From Heptranchias perlo (lineage: Eukaryota), in NCBI RefSeq assembly GCF_035084215.1, contig NC_090363.1, forward strand, positions 12,214,001 through 12,278,000: a DNA stretch of 64,000 nucleotides, read 5' to 3'. This document shows, piece by piece, positions 13,701 to 28,700 of the stretch; positions within the stretch are counted from its first letter, which is position 1, and the number at the start of each line of letters is the position of its first letter. The notes beneath the pieces were generated by a model. It was given only the letters and a program-made list of their open reading frames with translations. It did no database searches and was not told the DNA's origin. Made by a program: the position numbers and the translations under genes.

Positions 13701-16700
13701 ATCTTACCCGACCTCATTATTTGTGATTTTCACAACTTGATTCTTCAATGACTTGCACTGTAGCGCGCGTGTATTAAAATTACTCAATGTTCTTTTGGTA
13801 TCGACAAGTATAATTCACATCGTATCGAGAACTTTGTGCTTTACTTATTCAATACTTCGGAATTTTTTCATCTTAGAGCTCACTTTATGCAGTTAGTTAC
13901 CTCAATTTTTCCTATTTACAATAAAAAATGACAGCTTTGCAAAAATAAAAATTAAAAAAATCCTTAGAACTATTTGTTATTACCTTAATTTCAAAAGCAT
14001 TGGTACGTGGAGGGGGTTGCATTGTTAGCAAGACGTAGCCGTTTTCCTGTGTGTTTAGTGGTTGCTCTTTTCCTAACTTAACAGGAACACGTGAGGCAGG
14101 AACTCCATCAGGATACGTTACCCGGACCTACAAAGTGAAATAATAGCGGAGATAAACATCGTTATTCAGGAAGAAGGAATGTGATAATTGAGGTATTTAT
14201 CTTGGCCACGCTAACAGATCTCGTCCAATTTCCCTTCCACTGAAACTCCGTTGTGCTAATGTCTCACTCTGGAACCAAGAACTAGATGAAAATCGCAGCT
14301 GTTGCTTATAAAGTGTTGTGTGACATTTCTGAAAGGCATCGTAAGGCACTTTGTTATGCATGTCCTCTTTTTCAATTTTATCTGTTTCAGGAAACACGTC
14401 AAAACTTGAAGGACAGTGTAGAGAATCGAACTGGAAATTGATGCAATGTTTAGTTTTGGGATTAGACCAGTGTTCGATCACGATTTGCTCACAAAGGTGT
14501 TATACTCAACTCTTGGGTATCTGATGCAGGGAAGACAATGGTACTGGACCATTGAGTATTTTGGATGATTTGGTCCATTTTCCTGGGTCACCATTAAATC
14601 TCCATAAATGACCGTAAACTAGACACTTTTTCTACCAGTTACTTCCATTGAGGACTGATGGTGCCTTTTTTTTCTGAATGGACCAGTAAAAATGGTTGGC
14701 CTTTTCTCTCTAATACTATATTAAAAATGGAGTGTCCTTTTCATGTTGAGGTCTCACGCCTGGTCTAATCTTATTACACGGACCTGTAGAAATGCACAGC
14801 TGGAATTTTCACGTGTTCTTCTGATCTGCCACCATAACCTCGGCAGGCGGTAGCCGGAAATCCAGGAGAATGGCGCAAATGGCACCCGAATTTCCGGGGT
14901 TACGCTGATCTTCCGCCGAATTTATGGCGTGAGATTAAGAATCCCTGTGGAAATTCCACCCCGCGATGCTAATGGAGCTTAGAGTGGACACCGCTTCACA
15001 TCACAAGACTTTCTAATTCAGCACGAATTAACACTGAATTAACAATATTATTTAGGGACTCTATGTGGTCAGTGGAAGGCAAATGGAAATGTCACGCCGG
15101 AACATAGGAAAACATAGGAACATAGGAACAGGAGTAGGCCATTCAGCCCCTCTTGTCTGCTCCGCATTTGATAAGATAATGGCTGATCTGTGATCTAACT
15201 CCATATACCAGCCTTTGGCCCATATCCCTTAATACCTTAACAGATGGGACTCCACTTCTGAAGTGGAAGTTAATACGGATTTTAGGGCAGTGCTGGTAGG
15301 AATTCATACTACAATAATCCACGCTTTACCTGCCTATAAAAGTGCTCTATGTCGACAATATGGCTCAAAATTGGAAAATGTTTAATTTCACCCTGTTAAT
15401 ATCCCTTGCCTTACTGACAGCAAAATTCACAAATTAACCAAGAGTTACATTTCATCTGGTGGATTACATATCATTCCAACCCTCTGTGATGATACATACC
15501 AGTACATCAAAAGAAACTTTGGGAATGAAGTAGCTACTTGTCTTTGATAAATCGATCACATATGGTGAAGAAACAAACTTGATGCCGCTGAGTTCCAGTT
15601 CTTCCATTTCTCCACCTATAGGGAAAGATAAGTATTTATTTGTTCTATTTTATTTATTATTTAATTTAATTTACTTTAATGTAATTTCATTTGTTGTGAT
15701 TTAATGTAATTTAATTTTATTTAATGTAATTTTATTTCGTTGTATTTTACTTGTTAAAATAATAACGCCCAGTGACTTTTGATGGAAACTTAGAATTGGT
15801 GAAGTGACCATAATTAACCTGACGACCTGATAAGACTCCCTCCCTCTCTCAATATATATGCCGTTGGATGCCACGCTAACTGAGGCCAGCACAGATGATC
15901 AGAACCATATTGTTCTTGAGGAGACGACCGAATTTCTGCTTCAAAGATGACAAGAACATCACTGATGGAAATTAGTTATATTGTAGCCTGAGAATTGCAC
16001 CGTGTGATATTAACAACGCATTCATACTAAATTCTTCCCTCATGAAGGAGTCTGTAATCATCTAGTCTCGTGTAATAATGTCGCAAACGGTAACTCCCAA
16101 GGTTCTATAAATACCTCATACAACATTGCCCCGGATCCGATAATAATCACGGGGACATCAATATCTGCGAGTTCCCCTCCAAGCCACACACCATCCTGAC
16201 TTGGACCGATATTGCTCTTCTTTTACGATGGTTGGGAATCCCCTCAATGACATGGTGGTGGGACCGCCAACAGCACAAGGGTAGAAGGTGACCCACCCCC
16301 ATGTTTCCGGGACAATTATGGGTGGACAATAAATGTGAGCTCGCCAGCTTCTGAACCACTATTAAAAGACAGATCTAATATTGGATAGAGCTCCGTATGG
16401 TTCACTTACTGGATGTTTCAAAAACAGTTACAGCCATATACAGATGGTGTCCCACAAGATCATTCATACTTTTCAAAGGTTTGATTTTATCCAACAACTT
16501 TTGTGTTGCTAGGACAGACTCCACCACTCCGTTCTTGACCTAAAAGTGAGAACGAATATGCAATATTATCCGAATCTAAATCAGTGATTGCAATGTTTTA
16601 CTCTCAAAATATCACTGATCTGATGATTCAGTATTTAACCGTGGCCGTGAACCTAAACTAAGCTTAAAATAAATGATTAAAAACCTTGTTAAAATAGCAA

Positions 16701-19700
16701 AACGAAGAAATTCGGTTGGCACTGTTAAGCTTTGATAGCGGACTCTCCCTCTGTGTCAATTAGAAGTGATGTGGGATTCCAGTGCGGAAATTTTTAACAT
16801 AACTGGGTTAATACCTGGTAAAATAGGGGAAGAAGGAATTTCAAATAAACGCAAATTGCTTACTAAATCTTTCCTTGATTTCAAAATTGTGCTTGAAGCT
16901 TTAAACGTTGCAATAAAATGTGGCAAAATTATGTGCCCTGATTAAAATAAGTGGTGTGAAAGTTAAACTCTGTGGGATAGAAACTAATCTCTGGCGGGAG
17001 GGCAAAACGAACGATATCGCACTGGCCGCTCATTATACTGCCCGCCCGAAATTCAGGAGCATTATAGGAACAGCCGCTTGAGCCTGTTCCGCCATTCAAT
17101 CAGATCATGGCTGATTTGTATTTTCACTCCATTTACCCACTTTGGTTCAGTAATCCTTAATTTCCTTACCTAACATAAATCTATCAATGCCAGTTTTGAA
17201 ATTTTGTCTTAAACAGAGCTGAATGTCTGGGGGGGGAATATCACAGGCGGGGATTATAATGGGTGGGGAGTATTGCGGGCGTGGATTATAACGAGTGGGG
17301 AGTATCGTGGGTGGGAAATATAGGGGGTGGATAGTATAATGGGCGTAGAGTATAATGGGTGGGGAATATAACGGGTGGGGTGGCTGACAGGCGGGGAGTA
17401 GAACGGGCAGTTAATGCGATTCTGCCCGTTTTACACCACCACCCAAATTGAATTTCTACCCCAGGGGGTCTGTACATTTTACATGGTGTCGGCAAAAAAG
17501 AGGCATTTTTCTGCCCAGAATTATGATGCTGATTTCTGCCTCTTGATCAAAAAAGTCTCACTATTATCGCCTCTTTTGTATCGCAGAAACGTTCTTTATT
17601 GTTTTTAAATATCATGATTTCTAAAATTACTAAAACGGTAAAACTTGATAATATTAATCTTTCTCGGTCGAGCGTTAAAACAACATAATTCAACATTTAT
17701 CCAATAGGAAACTGAAAAATAATGAGTTACCCATTATTATGTAACACTTAATGCCAAACAACGCCAGTGATGATGGTGGACAATGGGGATATACTCACCT
17801 GCAGTTGTTGTTCTAGTCCTCGTAGATAGGTATTCTTGTTTGAAACGTCAATAATTCCGAATCTCACATATGCCATTCCTTCCACAGCTTGGCCGTACGT
17901 ATGGCTTTAACAAATAATCAACAGGTAGACAAATTGCTTAATAGAAACCATTATTTTTAAAAAACGCTTAGCAGAGCAACACAACCCAAACATTTACAAT
18001 TTTGGTACCTCGCTTGCACTGGGACAGGACTGGGTTGGAGGGGGGGGGGGAAGCGGGACGGTGGAGGGGCATGAGAGGGTGGGGACGGGGAAGAGAGTGC
18101 CGGGGAGGGGCAAGAGAGTGGCGGGGAGGGGGAGAGAGTGGCGGGGTGGGGAGAGAGGGGTGGGAGGGGGGGAAGAGGAGCGTGGAGGTGGAGAGTGTTG
18201 GCCGGGGGATGGGTGGAAGGGTACGGGGAGAGAGGGGGACGGGGAGAGGGTGGGATGGGGAGGGAGGGGGATAGGGTGCAAGGGGGACAGGGAGTGAGGG
18301 GCCAGGGAGAGAGGGATAGAGGTGGCAGGGGCTAGAGAGTGGATGGCGAGAGAGAGGGTCTTGGGGAGAGGGAGAGAGGCTGGTGAGAGAGAGATGATGG
18401 AGAGGAATACGAAGATGGGGAGAGACGGTTCGGGACAGAGAAAGGATGGGGAGAAAAAGGGACGGGGGAGAGAGAGATGATGGGGAGCGAGAGAGGATGG
18501 GGAGAGAGGGATTGGGGGGTGAGATGATGGTGAGATAGAGAGACTGGGCGAAAGAGAGAGAATGGGGAGAGAGAGTGACTGGAGGAGAGAGAGGGACTGG
18601 GGGAGAGAGAGAGGATGGGGAGAGAGGTACTGGGGGAGAGAGAGGATGGGGAGAGGGAGACACTGGGCGAGATAGAGAGGATGGGGAGAGACAGAGGATG
18701 GGGAGAGAGAGGGAATTGGGGGAAAGAGAGAGGATGGAGAGAGAGGGGGACTGGGGGAGGGAGAGGATAGGGAGAGAGAGGGAGAAAATGAGGAGAGAGG
18801 GGGACCAGTGGAGAAAGAGGATGGGAAGAGAGAAGGGTGGAGGGAAAGAGAGCGTAGGGAGAAAGAGGAGCGGGGGTGAGAGGGGATGCACAGAGTGAGC
18901 GACGTGGGTGGGGGGGGGGGGGTGGGGGGAGGAAGAGAGAGGATGGGGAGAGAGAGGGACGGGGGTGGGGGTGAGAGAGCTCTTTAATCTCTGCCAGGTA
19001 GGCGTGTTGCAATTGCCTGAGTGAAGCAGAGAAAGGCAGGGCAAAACAAGTCAGAGTTACCCCGCCTGATCACCTGCTGCAAAGTGCCCCTTGGAGGAAG
19101 GATTGGAATTCTCTGTATTCGCACGTTCGGTTCAGGAGTTGAAACAAACTTGCGGTCTGGAATCAGGCAAGGATTAGCTGCTTGGTGAATCGGCTTAGCT
19201 CCAGGAGGTACAATGCCAATGAAACGGAAAGCCACAGGTTCTACAGGCTAAGCGTAGAACTGGAGCGGGAGCTAAATCAGGCAGAATATTTCGGGAGTCC
19301 AATGTCACCTCAGCAGACTGCCACCGGGAAAATGACAATGTGCTGCTTGGGAATTTGCCTCCATTCACATTAAAGGTGCGGAAAATAGCGGGCATTGAAT
19401 CAGCAATTTTCTGATAAAACATGGGACACTCCCTATGGCCGTTGGCCTTGGAGAATGTGTTAAGTGGAATAGGGGAGCTGGGATTGTTCCCCTTAGAGCA
19501 GAGAAGGTTAAGGAGAGGTTTGATAGAGGTGTTCACAGTCGTGAAGGGTTTTGATAGAGTAAATAAGGAGAAACTGTTTCCAATGGCAGGAGGGTCGGTA
19601 ACCAGAGGACACAGATTTAAGGTAAATGGCAAAAGAACCAGAGGAGACATGTGGAAAATAATGTTTACGCAGCGAGTTGTTATGACCTGGAATGCTCTGC

Positions 19701-22700
19701 CTGAAAGGGTGGTGGAAGCAGACTCAATAGTAACTTTCAAAAAGCAATTGGATAAATACTTGAAGTGCAACAATTTGCAGGGTTATGGGGAAAGAGCAGG
19801 GGGAGTGGGACTAATTGGATATCCCTTTCAAAGAGCCGACACAGGCAAGATGGGCCGAATGGCCTCCTTCTGTACTGTATCATTCCATGATTCTATGATT
19901 AAAACGTTCTCCCGGTGTCACAACAGTGAAACTGGAAGAACGTAAGATCAGAAGTTGGAAAGGAGGTTAAAAGATAAACAGATCAGTTAGATTAAAGATA
20001 ATTACATTGTTAAAATATTGAAATTATTTTGCAGAAGTACACTACAGAGGGCAATTCTGGTTTGCTATTCGATATTTGTAGTGCTTCCAAAATCCATTTT
20101 GAAGTAAGTAAGAAAATTGCAGTTTTTAAGGTAAGGGACTTAAGACTGACCAATGTCCCGGATGAAATTGTACAGACCTTAAGCTGCTGCAGAAATCTAG
20201 GGAGGAACATTCTGATTAAAGGGATATCATCACGGAGGAGTCTCGGATACTGGTGCGTTTAGACAAGATAATAAACAGGCAAATATTTTGCCTACATTAA
20301 AAAATGGGGTCCAGGCAATTACAGGCTAGTAGCTTACTACCAATAACAGGCAAAATAACAGAAAGTATTCAAAGGATAATCTGGAGGGACATCTGAATAT
20401 CAGCATAATAAGGGTTTAACATGGGATGGTGTAGATAAAGTCTATATGTGCATCCTCTATTATCTATTCCAGTTAGTCTTACACGAGACTTTTGACAATG
20501 TCCCCAAGTGGTAGAACAGTAAAAGCCACAATAACACAGGAAAAACATGGGTAAGAAAGAAACAACAAAGGGTCAATCGAACTGAGCGAATTGCTGCCCG
20601 ATCCACCTCCTCTCAATCATCAGCAAAGCAACGGAGCAAGTCATCAGCAATGCTCTCCAATGGCTTCTATTCATCAATAACTTGATCACCAATGCGCAGT
20701 TCGGGTTCTATCAGAAACACTTGGCTGCTAACTGCATCACAGCCATGATCCAGGCAGGGACAACAAAAGTTGAAATACAGGGTGTAGGTCACAAGTAACT
20801 GTTTTCACTATCATGGCAGCATTGGACTGTATATGGTATTAAGGTGTACGATAAAAACTGCTGTCAATGGAGTCAAGAGGAAACCATTCATTGTCAGGAG
20901 CTATACCTGGAACAAAGGAAGATGATTTTCAGAAGACAATTATCACAGCCCCAGAACATGGCTGCAGGAGGTTCTCAAGGCTGCGTACTTTGCCTAAACA
21001 CCTTTAACTGCTTCATCAATGACCATCTGTCACCATAACGTCAGGAGTGGGTTGGATGTGCTGACGACTCCACGTTGTTCACCTCCATTCATAATTCTTC
21101 TAAAAGAGCAGCAACCCGTGCTGGACTACAGCAGGACCTGGACAATGTCGGGGCTTGGATAACAAATGGCATGTAACAGTCATGCCATGTAACTGCCAGG
21201 CAGTGACTACCTCCAAGAATGAAAGCCCAAACGGCCATCACTGATGTCCAATAACAGCAAAATCTCTGATTTCCCATAGTCAACATCTTGTGTTTACCAC
21301 TGACCAGAAGCACAAGTGGACCAGCTAGATCAGCAGCTTGGCTGGAAGACCAGGACAGAGGTTGGACAATTTGCAAGGAGTGGCTCACCTGCTGACCTCT
21401 TCATAGAATCACAGAAAATAAGAGCAAGAGTAGGTTATTCGGCCCTTCTGGCCTGCTCCGCCATTCAAAATGATCATGGCTGATCGTCTAACTCAGTCCC
21501 CTGTTCCCGCTTTTCCCCCATATCCCTTGATCCCTTTAGCATTAAGAAATATATCTTAACCCCACTTGGAAAAATATCCCCATTCATTGATCGTCAAAAC
21601 CCCGAATTTGCCCATCTGATACCATTGTGGGAGAAGCGTCAACACAAGAGCTGCATCAACTCGAGAAGAAAACCAATGGGCACCATCTCAAGGTACTTAG
21701 GGATGCTGACTTGCCATAATCACTTACAGAGCATTTATTAATAAGAAATCTAATTTGGAACAGGATGGCTTTCATTTTCAACTTGCTGCCCCGGTATAAA
21801 ACTGGTGTTGTGGATTGGATGCCCGTTTTAGAAACCGACCGAATTTCATTTCTATACCAATATTAATAGGAAAAGCAGTAATAGCAATCGTAAAGGTAGT
21901 ATTGTGTTAGATAACTATATTTTACTCACATTGCCAGGATTTTGAATTTGAATTCGTCCCTTGTTATCAGATAAAACATTTCTTCTGCCTTCACCTCGAC
22001 CTTGAAACTAGGGAGAACTTTGAAACATGATTTAATCAAATATAACCGAACATATTTTTAGCGCTTGTACATAATGGAAAATGCAATCCTTATATTGTAG
22101 CAGAGTTATTAGAATGATCAAGAACATGTGCAGAGCGTTTATATTCTGCAGTTGGAATACTTACGACAAAATTGCAAGGGGTAATTTTAACTTTTTGCGA
22201 TAACCTAAAGCAGGCCATATTGGAATGGATTGACCTCCCATTATACACATCCCTCGATTTTCCTTTCCATTGTGGGCAATGGAAAGCATAACGGGGGAGG
22301 TGTATAATGGGCGGCTCATCTGATATTGCCCAGTTTACATTATCATCAAAAGTTAAAATTACATAGAATTACATAGAATTTACAGCACAGAAATAGGCCT
22401 TTCAGCCCAACTGGTTTGTGCCAATGTTTATGCTCCACAGGAGCCTCCCCCCACCCTACTTCATCTCACCCTATCAACATATCCATCTATTCCTTTCCCC
22501 CTCATGTACTCATCTAGCTTACCCTTAAATGCATCTATGCTATTCACCTCAACTACTCCTTGTGGTAGCGATTTCCACATTCTCACCACTCTCTGGGTAA
22601 AGAAGTTCTTCCTGAATTCCTTATTGGATTTATTAGTGACTATCTTATACTTAAGGCTCTTAGTTATGGACTCCAGCACTAATGGAAACATCTACCTTAC

Positions 22701-25700
22701 GTCTACCCTATCATCCATCACAGCAGCAACCAGAGACAAAATTACCCCTGCAATGTGTTATTATCCACAGTATATGATGATATTCTAAGACGTCACGCAT
22801 TCTTACCGACATTCTCTGTGTGCTATTTTAATGATGGCATTAATCCCTCTGAAGTTACTTTGCACGGTATTTTAACAGACGGTGTGGATCATTTTAACTT
22901 TGGGCGGTGGAGTAAAACCAGTGATATCGAACTGGCCGCTCATTATACACTTCGCCTGATTTTCCTTTCATTTGGAAGGGAATATCGGGCGTTGTGTATA
23001 ATGGGCAGTCAATTCGATACTGCCCATTGTACACCATCGCTCCAAAGTTAAAATTATCCCGCTATGTTTCAAATGGGAAAGTGCTTCTCTTCATAAAACA
23101 GATATAAAAAATCTGATGCTAAAGCCATACACATTCCTTTCATGATATGACCCACACCAGTATTGACACCGCTGGACTTAAAATTGTATTGTGGGTTAAG
23201 CCTCTATGGAAACTTAACATATTGGTCTAAAATTCCTTTGTCTGCTGGTTTAGCGGTTGTGCTAATCCGTATAAAATATGCTATTATTTTATTATTGATT
23301 TACGAATTTAAAATTAGATAATTCTTCCAAAAAATCCCACTCAAATTTCAGATAAAACCAACTATTTTAGGACGATTCATTTTGAAAACATGCAAGAAAA
23401 ATCATTTACTAGCATACCAGTAGTTAGGGGTTTCCCAAGCGTATGATAAGACTGAAATGTACCTTGCCTTATTTACTTTAAAATGTAAACTGCATTCATG
23501 TGACTTGCATAATTGAAGCAATTTTACCAAAAAGCATATACCCTGTGCTGCTAAGCCAATGCTAGCTTTTTAATCCTGCACCTTCCATTAGGATTTGAAT
23601 ATTTTCTATGTACTTATATCCATCTAGTGTCGGAGAGATCGCCAGCCAATTATGGAGGTCTCCCGCTGTCAATGAAAACGAAGACCAGGCGAGGTGTAAA
23701 ACGGACATCTGATTTGCTATGAAAATTCACCCTGTGGACTTTAACCACCTTCCCACCGCCTCTAGCCCCAGGCAATGTAGTTGGAAATTATCCCCATACA
23801 TCGAAGTAAACAACTATTTCTTTCAATTAATCTCCCCTTTATCTTTATGGGCTGTGGATATAAATTCATTTGCGAGAAATGTGCCTCCATCAACAGTCTG
23901 ACGTAATCTTCCAGATATTTTAAAACCTTCCAAATATAACTGGAATACCCGGCAACTGAAAATGATTCATACATTCTTTTTCTCTGAGAATTTTTAATAA
24001 GATAATAAGTGTTACCAAATTCCTTGACTTCAAATTGTGCGGATACCATTGACATTGGTGAGTCGCTAAACACTGCCTCAATTCGCCAAATGCCCGGCCT
24101 GTCCAAGAAAGAAAAACGGAACATTTTCAGTGTTTTTTTCTCCACGTTATCTTACAATGGTTACACCCTGATGATAAAAATAGTGAAGAAAAATCTATTG
24201 GGGTGGTGCTCAATGGAAGATATGACATCGACCACCTGTTGTTAGCCTGGCACGATATTTAGACCTATTGAAGTGAATGTTACTGAATGGCGAGTGAGGA
24301 GTATAATAAGCAGCAGACATGATAGAGGAGTATAACAGGCAGCAGACATGATGGAGGAGTATAACAGGCAGCAGACATGATAGAGGAGTATAACAGGCGG
24401 CAGACATGATGGAGGAGTATAACAGGCAGCAGATATGATAGAGGAGTATAACAGGCAGCAGATATGATAGAGGAGTATAACAGGCGGCAGACATGATGGA
24501 GGAGTATAACAGGCGGCAGATATGATAGGGGAGTATAACAGGCAGAAGATATGATAGAGGAGTATAACAGGCGGCAGACATGATGGAGGAGTATAACAGG
24601 CAGAAGATATGATAGAGGAGTATAACAGGCAGCAGACATGATGGAGGAGTATAACAGGCGGCAGACATGATAGAGGAGTATAACAGGCAGAAGATATGAT
24701 AGAGGAGTATAACAGGCAGAAGATATGATAGAGGAGTATAACAGGCAGCAGGCATGATAGAGGAGAATAACATGAAGCAGATATGATAGAGGAGTATAAC
24801 AGGCAGCAGACATGATAGAGGAGTATAACAGGCAGCAGACATGATAGAGAAGTATAACAGGTAGAAGACATGATAGAGAAGTATAACAGGCAGCAGATAT
24901 GATAGAGGAGTATAACAGGCAGCAGATATGATAGAGGCAGCAGACATGATAGAGGGGTATAACAGGCAGCAGACATTATACCACCCGTTTTGCGCTCCCG
25001 ACAAAGACAAATTTCTACTCCATTAATTTTTGGGGATTTCTTCATTGGTTATAATTGTAACTTTTATTGCAGGGTGAGAAACAGCAGACCATTTTACACC
25101 ATACCCGATTTTCCATTGACATCAATGGAATATAAAATCAGGAGAGGTGTAAAGCTGGGATCTGGTTTGGTAAAAGCCATTTTTCGCGCAGTGTTAAAGT
25201 TCAAATTATCCACCACTCTTTCTTACACTAGAATGTTTGGCTTCTACCAATCAAACTGTTGAGCCTTTAGCGCTAAGTCCCCGAGAGGGTTTATCACTTA
25301 CCCAGGTACATAGGCAAGTTGTAGGTGCCCAGAGAACCAACTGAGTTCTCTGTTCTGTTTGTTTACCACGATGGTCTGATCACATGATCTCACATGATAC
25401 TCCTTGTTTTAAGAAGGCAATAAATAGCATTTACATTTTCCCTGATTGCTAAACTTAGTTAACTTCTCATGGGGATAGAAGATAAGAAATAGTTCACGAA
25501 TGGTGTGCCAAGATGGTGAAAGCTGTATTTTCAGATGCTACTCCTATTCTCTTGGCATTTAAGGAAGCTGTCTGACCGATCTATAGCTGGTGAAAGGTTA
25601 CAGAAAGATACTCTGGGGTAAATTTTCTATTTTCTAGCCCGGATAAAACTGGTGTAGTGGATCGGCCAAAATAAACTGATAAGTACCTTCAAGAAAGTGA

Positions 25701-28700
25701 GGGGACTGAACAAATTGAAATAATGGGAAATTCTGCCAGTCAATCACATATTTGAACAAATTCTACAAGATGTCTGTATTTGAATTGAATTGCATGCCCT
25801 CTGTCTCCTCATTGCGTTATTTCTGCATTATCTAGTTGAGCAAAACCCACAAAGTACAATGGGCAGTAAATCTGTAGAAACTGACTTTAAAAAAATAAGT
25901 AGAAGTGTTCCAAAAATGGTTATATTCCTATCAGAGTAAAAGGTTCATTTCTCAATTTTTTTTATTACTCACTCTGCGATATCCGGGATCTTTATATGCC
26001 GATTGATTACTTTGTTTGACTCCAAAGCCAAGCTGGGAAATTGCACATTTCTGGAATTCTAGTGGGAGAATTCAATGCATCAAATTTAGATTCATAGAGT
26101 TCCATTCGTCAATACTGTTCACATTTGACAGTGTTTATACAAAAAACTATATTCGATGATATGTAATTAACACAATCGTAGAATTATAGAATTTTACAGC
26201 ATAAGAGGAGGCCATTCAGCCCGTAATGCCTGTGACAGCTCTTTGAAAGAGCTATCCAGGTTAGTCCCACTCCTCCTGCTCTTTCCCCATGACACTGCAA
26301 ATTAGTCCTCTTCAAGTACATGTCCAATTGCCTTTTGAAAGTTCCTATGGAATCTGTTTCCACCCCCTTCAAGGTAGTGTGTACCAAATTTTAGCAAACC
26401 TCTGTGTGAAAAAAATCTCCTAATTTCCCCTCTAGTTCTTTTGCCAATTACCTTAAATCTGTGATCTCTGGTTACTGATCTATTTACCAGAGGAAACAGT
26501 TTCTCTCTACTCGCTCTATCAAATCCCCTTATAATTTTTATTACCTCTATTAGGACTCCCCTTAACCTTCTCGGCTCTAAGGAGAACAACCCCAGCTTCT
26601 CTAGTCTCTCCACATAACTGAAGTCCCTCATCCCTGATACCTTTCGAGAACATCTCCTCTGCATCTTCTCCATGGCCTTGACATCCTTTCTACAGCGTCG
26701 TGCCCAGAATTGGAAACAATACTCGAGCTGAGGCCTAACCAATGATTCACAAAGATATATAAATTCCCACGGAATCCTCCTAATATCTCCCTGTAACTTT
26801 GGTGGAAGGTCAGCTAAAACCTTAGTGAAATAGATTTAACGACCCATTATTCCGCTTGACCGAGTTTCCACCGACGTTACGTCAGGGGAATCAGGAGAAA
26901 ACTCTGCAGAAACTCCAGGCGAAAAACCAAGATACATGTTAAGTCTCTAATAATTAAGATCTCATAATTACTTGCTATAAGATCGATGGGTGAAATTTAG
27001 TAAGTCAGCATGTTAAATATCTGGTAAACAAGAATAGTAATGAAGAATCATAGAATCATAGAATCATAAAAGTTTACAACATGGAAACAGGCCCTTCGGC
27101 CCAACATGTCCTTGTCGCCCAGTTTATACCACTAAGCTAGTCCCAATTGCCTGCACTTGGCCCATATCCCTCTATACCCATCTTACCCATGTAACTGTCC
27201 AAATGCTTTTTAAAAGACAAAATTGTACCCGCCTCTACTACTGCCTCTGGCAGCTCGTTCCAGACACTCACCACTCTTTGAGTGAAAAAATTGCCCCTCT
27301 GGACCCTTTTGTATCTCTCCCCTTTCACCTTAAATCTATGCCCCCTCGTTATAGACTCCCATAACTTTGGGAAAAGATTTTGACTATCTACCGTATCTAT
27401 GCCCCTCATTATTTTATAGACTTCTATAAGATCACCCCTAAACCTCCTACTCTCCAGGGAAAAAAGTCTCAGTCTATCCAACCTCTCCCTATAAGTCAAA
27501 CCATCAAGTCCCGGTAGCATCCGAGTAAATCAGGGGGAAAAAAATCAAAATTGTAATTATTTGTGTTAATTAATATATCGGTGACCATTAACTGGAATAT
27601 AAAAAGTCATATGATCTGTGATTCCACTCTTTGTACAGAGACATGATTTAAATTGGCTTACCGTTACAGTTTCTGGCTTACGCCCTACATCATTAATTAC
27701 CAATTAAAAAGTACAGCACAACTAATATAGTTCACCAAGCAGAAAATTGGAAATGGAAGTAATTGTACCTGTTCCATCAAAACAAATGTAAAAGTGCACC
27801 TGATCACTACCAAATAAATACAAATGTACTCACGTATATAGTTATTTTAATATTCTCGCTCACTGGTCTCATATAATGATCCAGGGTAAAGATCCTATAA
27901 CGCACTGCACAGTGAAAGAAAATACATGGATATGCATCAACACTTTGATTTTAAAGGTTTAAATAAAGTGCATTTAAATGAGCCGTGGCATTAACTGAAA
28001 TAAAAAAAAAACATGGATTGCAATTAAATCAGATTCAGCTTTTTCCCATATTAGGAGGGATGACGTGTTATAAGTTCTCTGACTATAGGACGAGCGGACA
28101 CTTTATAAGCTTAACCAGGAATCTATTTATTAATATCAGGGCAGATGAGATGCTCTCTACGATGACAAACAATGAGCGCCCACTAGGAACAATTTTGACT
28201 TTTGTCAATAATGTAAAACGAGCGGTATCCGATTGGCCGCAACTCTCCTGATTTTATTTTCAGTGAAGTCAAGGAAAATTGGGAGCAGTGCACAAGGGGG
28301 CCGACGGAGGAGGACACAAGCAGATGGGCGAAAAGGGCAGACTCGTGCCAGATGAAATTTAACGCAGAGAAGTGTGAAATGAAGTGTTTTGGAAGGAAGA
28401 ATTGAGAGAGGTAATATAAACTAGAATGTATAATTTTAAAGTGGGTGTAGGAACAGAGGGACCTGGGAGTGCTCATACACAAATCTTTGAAGGTAGCAGG
28501 ACAAGTTGATAAGGCTGTTAAAAAAGTAGATGGAGTCCTGGGCATTATAAGTCAAGGCATAAAGTACAGAGCAAGGAAGTTATGCCAAACCATTATAAAT
28601 CACTGGTTAGGCCTCAACTGGAGGATTGCACCCAGTTCTGGACACCGCATTTTAGGAAGGATATTGAGGCCTTGGAGAGGGTGCAGAGGAGATTTACTAC

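Noticed and set aside
17968-19044. Pro/Ser/Leu-rich 358-aa ORF and overlapping ORFs
   Set aside because: Artefact of the stop-poor G/A-rich low-complexity tract.
24210-25045. Long repetitive ORFs (266/267 aa) or a CRISPR-like array
   Set aside because: Translation of a 29-bp head-to-tail minisatellite with no unique spacers, in a eukaryotic intron.
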